This document shows positions 54,331 to 64,000 of a stretch of DNA of 64,000 nt, piece after piece. Every line of letters starts with the position of its first letter. The first letter of the stretch is position 1. Below the pieces are notes generated by a model. That model had not been told where the DNA came from. It was given only the letters and a program-made list of their open reading frames with translations, and made no database searches. The position numbers and the translations under genes are program-made. The DNA is from Camelus dromedarius (taxonomy: Eukaryota): positions 57,414,001 through 57,478,000 of the forward strand of contig NC_087436.1 in NCBI RefSeq assembly GCF_036321535.1, read 5' to 3'.

Positions 54331-55058
54331 CTTAGTTGGATTTTAAAACTACGCCAGTTAAGAAAAGGGGGAGGAAGAGTCCATGTCATGTCAAATAGTC
54401 AAGAAATAATGCCTTTCATTTCTTTATCCAGAATCGGAAATTCTGAATTTTAACCTTTTAAAAGAAATCCATGTGTTCTGTTTTTAGAATTATATTTATA
54501 TGAGATAATGCTATTTTGAATTTCTTTTGCAGGGGACAAGGAGGAAGTGCTAAATTAATGAGTTGACTTGTGTTCTCAAGATCAATTCATGGGTGGATGA
54601 AGTCATTCTCTGTACTTTTCCTCAAGCTCAGGGAAGCCTGAAGTGGAATGACTGGAAGATGACCTTTGCTATGCAAGCTTATTTGTTAATCATATATTTG
54701 TCCAAAAACTATTTATTAAGTGTGTATCACATGCCAGGTGCTGTGGTACAACTGAATTCTTTCCCAAATGCTCCTCAAGGCAGTTACTAGCTATTTGCCT
54801 CCATGGGTATCTAGCACAATGTCTGGAAGAGAGTAGTCTCCCAATAAGCATTTGTTGACCAAAAGAGTAAAGAACAGAAAGATCATAGTTAACTACCACA
54901 GAAACTATTCTATCGGACACACAGATAGAAAACTGAGGCTAAACAACAGACTCAGGGTCTTATAGTAAGCTAGAATAATGGACCAAGTCTGTTCTGTTAC
55001 ACTAACTCAATGGTGTAACAATATTATACACAGGTATTCTAATGTTCATGCTCTTACC

Positions 55059-55423
55059 AGCTTATGGGCTGAATTGTGTCCCCTCAAATTTATATGCTGA
55101 AGTCAGAACCCTTTGCACCTTAAAATGTGACTGTATTTGGAGGTAAGATCTGTAAAGAGGTAATTAAGTTAAAGTGAGGTCATTAGGATGCACCCTAATC
55201 CAGTATGACTAGTTATCACACAGACGTGCAGAGGGAAAACCAGGTGCAGACGCAGGGAGAAGACAATGTGTATGAACCGAGGAGAGAAGTGTCGGAAGAA
55301 ACCACTCTTGCCAACACTTTGATCCTGGACTTTTAGCCTAGAGAATTGTAAGAAAATAAATTTCTGTTGAATAAGCCATCAAGTCTGTGGCATTTTGTAC
55401 TGCAGCCCTAGCAAACTAATACA
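55059..55423 (+). mobile_element. Near-complete MLT1B-like MaLR solo LTR
   Basis: TTATGGGCTGAATTGTGTCCCC...AATGTGACTGTATTTGGA...AATAAATTTCTGTTG...GCAGCCCTAGCAAACTAATACA. TSD TTACC (55054-55058) versus CTACC (55424-55428). Confidence 0.92.
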
Positions 55424-55944
55424 CTACCTCTCCCACTACTGCTGAACAAAGTATTCCACCTCTTTCCCACAAGGGGCCAAGATGTTGAATTACTGAGTCA
55501 ATATATTAATATGTATTGCAAAATTAGGATAAAATAATCTACCTTTCAAGGTCATTATAAAGATTCAGTGAAATAACATATAAAATGCCTCTTGTAGCAC
55601 CAGGAACATTGAATTATCAATTAATTCTTGCAAGTATCATGTACCAGTGGGGACATTCAGAAAGAAGTAGAAGAACATTTCCAGATGTACAAGGCAATGT
55701 GGCGGGAGAGCCATCCAGGTTGATGGGGCCACATGAGAGCCTAGGTAACAAGGCATCAAAGACAGCATGCTGTGTTTAGGGGAACAGATAATAGTACAAT
55801 CTGGCTGGAGCTCGTAGTGCAGAGATAAATCTGGAAATATACGTTTTGGCCAAAGGAAACTCAACACAACATTTATTGCTACTTCACCGGAAGGTGAACT
55901 GTTCCATCAAGTTTAGGAATCTACACTGTGGCTTTAAAAAAAGA

Positions 55945-56828
55945 TAACATCATCTTTCATCTAGATTATCATAATAACCTTAACTGTTTTTCCCAGCTTC
56001 TATCCTTTCCAGTTCCAGCCTTTTTTCAATGCAGCAGCCAAATCATGTCTCTTCTGTGCTCAAAACCTTACAACAGCTCCTCATTTCATACAGAATAAAA
56101 GCCAATGTTCTTACACTGGCCCAGCCCCAAACTGTCTGGCCCGTGATTACTTCTCTGACTTCTTCCTCTACTTCTCTTATTCCTCACTCTCTCCACTCCG
56201 GCTGCACTAGTTTCTTTGCTTTTTCTTCAGCACACCAGGTATACTCCACCTCACTGAGTGAGCCCTGTCAGGAATGCTCTTCTCTCAGATATCTGCAAAG
56301 CTCACCCCCACGTTTCCTTCAAGTGCTCATTCACATGCCATCTTATCAAGGAGACTTCCCTGAATACTCTTTTTAATTTTTATTTTATTTATTTATTTTT
56401 TAGGCGTTTTAATAAATTGCTATCCATCTTCCATGGATGCTCTTTTTTTAAAAATTGAAGTACAGTCAGTTACAATGTGTCAATTTCTCGTGTACAGCAC
56501 AATGTCCCAGTCATGCATATATATCTACATATATATATATATTTGTTTTCACATTCTGAATACCATTTTTTAAATTGAAAACTGCCCATCCACTCCATAA
56601 CTCCCTACCTTTTACCTTTTTTTTTTTAAAAACAGCACTTTATCTTTTAATGTTTTATATGATTTACTTATTTGCGGTGTTCGTAATTTATTTCCTGTCT
56701 CTTCCTACTGAAATATACGCTCAGTGAAGGTGGGAAATTTTAAATTGTTTGTTTCGTTTACTGACAGATACTAAAACTACAAAACAGTGCCTGGCACACA
56801 GTAATTGCTCAAAGAACATTTGGTGAAA
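55945..56828 (+). mobile_element. L2 LINE 3' region, interrupted by an L1 insertion
   Basis: CTAGATTA...GCAGCCA...CTCAAAACC...AGAATAAAAGCCAA...ACAGTGCCTGGCACACAGTAATTGCTCAA. Confidence 0.85.
56375..56555 (-). mobile_element. Short young LINE-1 insertion with a probable 3' transduction
   Basis: Antisense L1 terminus at ~56450-56555, T tract at 56443-56449, a 41-bp non-L1 segment at 56402-56442, and a second T-rich tail. The whole unit is flanked by CTGAATACTCTTTTT / CTGAATACCATTTTT. Confidence 0.8.
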
Positions 56829-57274
56829 AAGTGAGTGTACCGCAGAGGTAGGAGACTGAAAGCAGTGAGACAGGTTAGGAAGCCATCCAGGCAGTGACGG
56901 GGCCTGGACAAAAGCAATGAGAATAGAGAGGAGGAGGTGAGTATGAGATGTTCATAAGGCACTAAGAGAAGGTTTAGGGAGTCACTAGACGGTACTGGGT
57001 GGCAGCTGAAGTGGTGGGGGAGAGGGTGAGTATGATTTGCATCTGCTTAGGTAATTGGGTGGGTGGTGGTAGGATGAATTAGGTAAATTAGGAAGGAGAA
57101 TACGAGAAGCAGAGAACATTCCGACAATGGAGAGATGAAGAGTTCAGTTTTAGGTAGTGTGTATTAGACATAACAGGAGTGGCCGAGGAAACTTGTCTAG
57201 CAGAATAGTAAGAGCACCAGCAAGAGCAGCAGGAGCTGCGGCAGCAGGAGCCGCGGCAGCGAGGACGACAGTGT

Positions 57275-57502
57275 AACTACATGCCAGGCCCTGTTTAAGT
57301 GCTTTACGTGTATTAATCTTTTTAAGTCTCTCCCCCTTTTTAGAGATGAAGAAATTGACAGCATAGAGAAATTAAGGACAATTTGCTCAAAGTCACAACT
57401 TGATTGAACAGAATTTGTACATAGAATGTAATGAGTGCAATTAGTGGCAAAGTGAAAAATATAAACCCAGGCAGCCTGGCTCTGGAGTCTGTGCTCCTAA
57501 CA
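57275..57502 (-). mobile_element. MIR SINE
   Basis: TGCCAGGCCCTGTTTAAGTGCTTTACGTGTATTAA...TTTTAGAGATGAAGAAATTGA...AACCCAGGCAGCCTGGCTC. Confidence 0.8.
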
Positions 57503-60279
57503 GTTGGATATAAATGTCTGAAACTGCAGGGAAAACTGGGTGACAAGCAGAGTTGGGAGTGCACATTCTATAGGTGAAATTTAAATCCACAAAAGAAGAT
57601 GAGGTTACCTAGGGAGAGTCTGGACTCCTCCTACTTCTGTCTCTACTAACTGTGGTGCCATTTATGGAGCACCTACTACAGGCCACACTCTGAGTGACAG
57701 TGATGAACAAGACGGGCCTCATCTCTAGTCCCATGGAATTCAGCAGCAGTTGATGGTTATGACTGTTGTTAGAGCAGTCTCACTCCCACGTGATGAAACT
57801 TACCGCGGGCAAACTCAAGGAGCTGGGGGAACGCATGTCAGAAGAATCTGACCCAATTCTACGGATCAGGGAAAAGACGTCTGAGCAACATCTGAACTGG
57901 CAGGGAGGAGACTGGTTGGAGGAAGCAGATGCATTCTAATGAAAAAAATGAAGTCTTAAAGAACAAGTTAGTGAAAGTCAGAGTAAAAATGTGTAAGGAT
58001 TTGAGATTTGGTTTGAAAAGGGATGCAAAGCATTTGTTCATTACCTGACACACACAGATATTGCAGGATTTCTAATTCTTTTCTTTTTCTTCTTTACAAG
58101 ATAAAGCGTATGAATGAGAAGTCATTCCCCAGGCAGAGTCCTTATATTCATATGCCAGGAGAGACATTTGTTTTTACCCCCTGTTTACTAAAGCCTGAAG
58201 TGTTACTCTGTTTACAAACAGCCTGCACTAATATGGAAGATACCCCCAAAGATTTGTCATCCTCAGAAATTGTTACTTTCCCCTTGAAAAAGTCTTTTAC
58301 CACTCCTTCTCACCTAGCTTATGTTATTTCCTATTGATTTGAAATCTGTTCCTTGACATGTTAATACAACTCAAAATTTCATCAGTTTTATAGTAAGTTA
58401 GGATAACACTGTGCATTGTAATCTCCTGAAATACAGACAGTTTGCAGATAGCTTATTCTTCTTTCAAATAACATAAACAATTTTCCTATTGCAGAAATTT
58501 AAAAGTACAAAAACATTTATTTTGGCATATTCAATAAAGAAAACTGAAACAAAACCATTATTTATAAATAATTAAAAACACTAGAGTTGCCAATTGTCAA
58601 ATTTCAGTGTTTAGGAGAAAAAGCAGGAAGGCTGTACATAGTTTAGCTAAACAAAATCAAGATCTTCTCCTAAAATAGCTCCTTGCTTTACCATTCAGAA
58701 TTCCTTAAGCAATGCCTGAGACATTAATACTGACAAGAAAATAATTTAAAATATCTCATTCCTAGAAAGAATTACGTGCATCTATATAATTAGAGTAAAC
58801 ATAGTTGGCTAACTTTATCTTCCTAGTCTCAGGATCATATTTAAAAACTTGTTTTTCGTATTTTAAGGTGATTTCTAGTCAAACAGCAAAACTGCCTCTT
58901 CATCTCACATCTTCTTTGTTTTATTTCAATAGAAAAAACTTCAAATACGAGAACACATCAGTTATTTCTCAAGAACGCAGACACTTGGTGGGATCTGACT
59001 TGAGAGCAGGATTAGAACATACAATGGGAGGAGGCCCACATGTGGAAATGGTAGGCAACCATTTCAAATGTCAAAGAGAAGCCATGGGAGAAAGTCTATG
59101 CTGATAAGAACAAGTATTAGAGAGCTTGATGAGGGTAATATCTTTAAAATGTTTGAAATTTATTATTTTAGATATGTTAGTTTATGTTTTTACTAATGGG
59201 AGAGATATGTTGAATCTTATTTTAAGTTTTTAACCCAGGGTTTTTTCTTCTGAAATAGCTGCTAGTGGTTTTATTTTGAAAGTTATAAAGGTAAACTTAG
59301 GTTGTCATTGTACCATGTCATAGGCTCCCACAATTTGTCCTGTTCACAATAAGGGAAGAGCAAGGGCTGCCATTTGTGTGTGAACAGAAACCAGAAGCCA
59401 TACAAAATGGGCAGAGTCAGACGGTCACATCTGAATCGAGTTTGTATTTCTCAAATTCCAATGTCATCTGTAAAGTCACAATAACGTTCTTCTTCAGATT
59501 CAAAAAAAATTAACAAAGCTATTCTACTCTATCTTCTCATTCTAGAAGATAGTTTAGGAATTTCTAGAAAACTGATCATTGATTTTGGGTTCCATTTGGT
59601 TCCTGAAGTTAATAATTTTTTATATGTCCTTTTTAGCACACATTTAAGAAACTTATACTTTTACAAACACTAATTTACTCAACACTTTTCTTGGCATTAA
59701 GTGGATCATGAACATAAGAGGGTTAATTGATTTGTCCAAAGTCACAGGTTGTCAAGAACCATTTCCACACATAGAAATGGAAGGTCCATTGGTCTACGTC
59801 ACTGTTCTGGCATTAGCAGCAATCGATACTGAGGAGCTGTGGTGTGTAAGGTGCTGAACACTTTATTTTGAAATATGGCAGCTAAACTCTTTGGTGTATT
59901 CACATTCTGCGCACTTCAAATTACTCTTGAATTTCAAAATACTGTCCTGTCTGAGGCCATTAAGTGCTAATAAACATTAGCATTATTCAATTGAAGGGAG
60001 CTATTTTTCAGTGATGCGTGAAAAGTGTTTCCAACTTCTGGCTGGGAAATGCTTTGCAGTGGAATGTATAAGCTATTATTATTGCTTGTACAAGACTGTT
60101 TTTACTTTGCAATTTAACCTTGAAAAAAATAACATATATAATCCAGGAACAAGTATAAAATCTTTAGATGCTTAGTAAGTGAGTAATGGTTAAAATAAAG
60201 TTGGAGAAATGGGCCATTTCCCCTGCCCCTGCCTCTTTTTTCTTCTAAAGCTTCCACTATTGAAAAATAGAGAACAGAG

Positions 60280-60460
60280 TGGATAGATATATGAGCTTTG
60301 AATCCACTGAGCCACCCTCTGAAATAAGTACTATTACTTTCCTTATCCACAAGCTAAGAGGATAGTACTGTTTTCAGAGAGTGAGCTATGGAAATTAAAT
60401 TCCTGCATGATAAACACTTAGAAGAGTGTTTAATACACAGTAAGTGCTCAATAAATTTCA
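60280..60460 (+). mobile_element. MIR SINE
   Basis: TTTGAATCC...AAACACTTAGAAGAGTG...ACACAGTAAGTGCTCAATAAAT. Confidence 0.65.
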
Positions 60461-61851
60461 TCTATCAGTATATAACTTCAGGAGCTGGATAGATTTTGTT
60501 ATTAAAATATTTCCAGAAAAGGCGCTATTATGGTATAAGTTACTCTTAATAACTACTGTCTATAAATTACTATTATGTTTTAAGTGATCTGCAGGTGATA
60601 GGCTATCTATTAAAAGACTATTAGATAATGTGATATAATTTGTTATTTAAGTCAAGGTCTTTTGCAAGTTACTCCAGACTTCATTTTCCATGTCTAACCA
60701 ATTTTTTACTTTCAACATGTAAGAGGGGAAACACATACGCACACACACACAACATACTGTTTGTAAGATGTTTAAAAAATTGAAAAATTGGCCAAAAATC
60801 ACTTTGACTTTGTTAATTATATTTTACATAAAAGACCCCCTTTTATCAGTCATTTTAGGCAGTAGGTAAGTCCCACGTGATATAACAGACGTACTGATAA
60901 ATTGAGATGAGTCTATCCATCACTTCCTTCACCCACCCAGCTATCTCTAACATATTCCTGAAGAAATTTTGAGTATAAGGAAGCTCTAATTATATAGGAG
61001 ATACAGTTAAGGTATAGGTGAAAAAAGTTTTTTAATTGCAAACTCATTTTTAGATTCCTATTGGCAATAAAGAAAATATATTCATTTATTTCTTCAAAGA
61101 TTACTGAGATATAATATGGACATCTTTCTTTAAATGACCTAAATTTCCTATATAATAAAAGATAACAGTGAATGACCTATTATGCTTTTTAGTATTTAGA
61201 GGAATCTGAAAAAAGTTAACTTTTCTACCCAGAAGGGTCAAATGTGTTCAGACATTCTGTTTATAATCTATGATGGGAGAGCTTAAATTTAAATCAAAAC
61301 AGGGAATAAATGTTAATGAGTTCTTATACATTCATACTGAGTACTGATTACAGAAGAAGGGTCTGAAGCTTGAAACGGCAAAATCTGCGCCCATTAATTT
61401 TTTTTCTTTTAAGCCATTATACCTGACTGCTATATGCTAAAATATATCACTCAAACATGGCCTGGCACTTAAGTATAATTAACTGAAAATGAACTTGAAC
61501 ACTTAACATAGAGATGGATTTTAATAAGGGTTGGGATGATATAATCTTTCTCTTCTGAGCCTGGGTGGTGGACAGGGGGTCAGAGCATAGAGCAGACCCA
61601 TCAGAAGTGCCTATAGTTAAGACAGACATTTTGACTATACTTCAGAGGATAATACCTAGAAACAAAAGTAGAAATGTAGCTAGAGGGCACTTGCAAATTC
61701 TGTTTGAAAGATAGAGCCAAAGCATAAAAGCTGTAGAAACCAAACTATTTGCACAAATCAAGGAACAATTCTGGAGTCCAGTATGAAGACAGGGCCAAAA
61801 GCCATGAGTCTGAAAGAAAATAAAGGGTTGCTAAAGTTTGCACCTCTTGAG

Positions 61852-62000
61852 CGATGGAATTGTTAGGGATCTTGATTGTGGTGGTGGTTTAACAGGTGTA
61901 TACATCAAAATTCATCAAACTGTACATCTGAAATATGTGTAGTTTACTGAACAGGAATCACCCACAATAAAGCTGCTTAAAAAAAAGAAAAAGAAAAGAA
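61852..62000 (+). mobile_element. L1M (L1MC/MD-like) 3' terminus with an A-rich tail
   Basis: GATGGAATTGTT...TCTTGATTGTGGTGGTGGTT...CAAAATTCATCAAACTGTACA...CAATAAAGCTG followed by an A tail. Confidence 0.8.
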
Positions 62001-62123
62001 CATAGGGTTGAAGAAGACGTAAGGGAAGGCAGGAGAAAGGACAGCTAGAAGGGGTGGGGTCTCTAGTTGACGCCCTGAGGTGGGATCTACCCCTCATAGA
62101 TTTTAAAAAGCAATACAACTAGA

Positions 62124-62249
62124 GGGGAATGTATAGCTCAGTGGCAGAGCATGTGCTTAGCACGCACAAGGTCCTGGGTTCAATCCCTGATCCCTCCACT
62201 AAAAATAAACAAACAAACTTAATTATCTCCCTCCCACCAAACCAAACAA
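62124..62249 (+). mobile_element. Camelid-type tRNA-derived SINE (vic-1-like)
   Basis: GGGGAATGTATAGCTCAGTGGCAGAGC (A box)...GGTTCAATCCC (B box), then an A-rich tail. TSD AAAAAGCAATACAACTAGA (62105-62123) versus AAAAAGCAGTAGAACCAGA (62250-62268), 3 mismatches. Confidence 0.9.
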
Positions 62250-63403
62250 AAAAAGCAGTAGAACCAGACAAAGATGGAGTTTGATCATACAAAAATAGTC
62301 TAAGATTTCATGGTGTACTTCATGAGTTTTGTTAACTGCTGCTTCTTGAAGGCATTTGAATGTGCAACCCCTGTGGACTGTTGCTTCACAAAAGATTAAA
62401 ATATCCAAGGTTGTTTGTAATTGAATGTCTGTGGCTTGTTTCATATATGGGTTGGTCTTGTTCAAAAGACAGCTCAAAGATTTGGACAAGATCTATCTCT
62501 ATTCATTAGAATTACGTGGAATGGCTCCACTGGCAAGGCATGACGGGTAAAAAGAAAAGAGGACATGGTTAGTGAAAACATCAAGGTGACCGTGAGACGT
62601 TTGTGTTACATGTTACTTAACATGTAGGTCTGTCATGATGCAAAGATGATAAAATAGGTATGAAAGCACAGTCTTGGAATAAAAAGCTTCCGTACAAATG
62701 CAGGCTATGGCAACAATTGTGACGTTTTTGTATTCTTTGACACTGAGACAGGAAAGAAAGGTTTTGACATAATCCCTTAAGTCAAATATGGGCAACTAAA
62801 ATAATTTTCTTCCTAACGTAAAGTATTTGTAGTAGATTTTCCACATTCTTTGGGTGCTTCTAGTATATACAGGAGTTCCTGATGTAGGGAAGCACTACAG
62901 AATAAAAATGATAGTATCAATTTTAATGAAAAAAGCTGATTAGCTGACACCCCTGTTCAGTCTACTCTCTCGGGTTCGTCATCTATATGACAAATACAAG
63001 GAGGTGATGCTGCTGCTATTTGCCAAGCTGCCAGTTGTACAAACGCCAGTGTGTAGTGTACTTCTGTCTCTTCACATTTCTCATCAAAGCTGAAAGTAAT
63101 TTAAACCAGTTCTTCTGCTGATAAATAGTATTCTCAGCTATTTACAGGTATTACACAAAATCATTACAGAGCTTCATTCAATACAGAGATGATTTCAGGT
63201 ATGAAGCTTTAATTCTGCAGTCTCATCATCCTCTGATAGTCAACATTTTTTAAAAAGGGGGCTACTAAAGAAAAATAGATGCTAGTTGTTTATTTTTCAA
63301 GCTGATGTGAGAAGAGGACTGTGCCCCTCAGCCAACACGGTCCCCGTGTGAAGTAAACAGAACATCCACAGATCGGTGAGACAGCCGCAGTGGAGGGACC
63401 AGC

Positions 63404-63417
63404 ACAGCAGGTGGCAG
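63404..63417 (+). promoter_or_regulatory. Candidate CTCF site
   Basis: ACAGCAGGTGGCAG is a 13/14 match to CCASYAGRKGGCRS. Confidence 0.4.
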
Positions 63418-63599
63418 AATAATGGGGAAAAGGTTGGGATTTTGCCCAGACTGAAGAACTCGAAAGAGACTTCAGTCCATAGTAGCATATTTTCCTCCCC
63501 AGGGTAAAATATTTAACAATAATGAGTCCTAAAATTAGAAAAAAGTATTTTGGGGACTCAGTGGTAAATGCATGAAATAACTTATGATGGTAGCTGTGG

Positions 63600-64000
63600 A
63601 ATAGTGAATATTTGTGGAGCCTGAGGTCAGCGTAGAAACAGAGCCTGGCATAGTGCACCTCTAAATACTTCAAGTCATAAGTCAAGCTACCAGATTTTAA
63701 AACCTGTTCTTCAACTGCAGCTTCACGACCCCCTTCTCTTTCCACTTCTAGCTCTTCTGCACCGTGAGGACCTTGCCCATGTGCATGCAGTCCTTCCTGT
63801 CAGGTGCACACCCACACTCTATTCATCCACACCCCACAGACAGTGTCCCTTGGCCACCCTTGGGCTAGGGAGTTAAACCAGTGGTATGGTTCCCTCTCAG
63901 AGAATGGACTGGAGACAAGTGGCTATGGGTCCAGAAAATGGGATTGGGACAGTTTGGATAAATAATTATGGGGTCTGGATCCTTGGAATATGGTTTAGAA
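63600..64000. mobile_element. Possible ancient hAT (Tip100-like) DNA transposon fragment
   Basis: CTAAATACTTCAAGTCATAAGTCAAGCTA and the following GC-richer segment resemble recalled ancient hAT consensus. It runs off the window end. Confidence 0.35.

Noticed and set aside
62124..62195. tRNA gene
   Set aside because: It has A and B boxes, but also a SINE tail, TSDs and two diverged paralogues in the window, so it is a SINE.

Overview
This is AT-rich mammalian non-coding DNA, either intergenic or deep intronic. It is most likely from a camelid: it carries three copies of a tRNA-derived SINE resembling camelid vic-1 and young LINE-1 3' ends, on top of old eutherian repeats (MIR, L2, L1M, hAT-Charlie, MaLR, ERVL, ERV1). 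I found no supportable protein-coding exon, RNA gene or CRISPR array. The supplied ORFs look like chance ORFs, several of them inside LTRs. The best-supported structures are read directly from the sequence. They are a 1027-bp solo LTR with 7-bp terminal inverted repeats and a perfect 4-bp TSD (probably ancient Gypsy class), three more solo LTRs with identifiable TSDs, an L1 insertion with an apparent 3' transduction, a twin-primed 5'-inverted L1, and a perfect 78-bp tandem duplication. Several repeat-free, motif-dense blocks are candidate enhancers or CTCF sites. I cannot support a claim of a novel biological system here. Repeat family names come from recalled consensus similarity, not from a database search, and the boundaries of old repeats are approximate.
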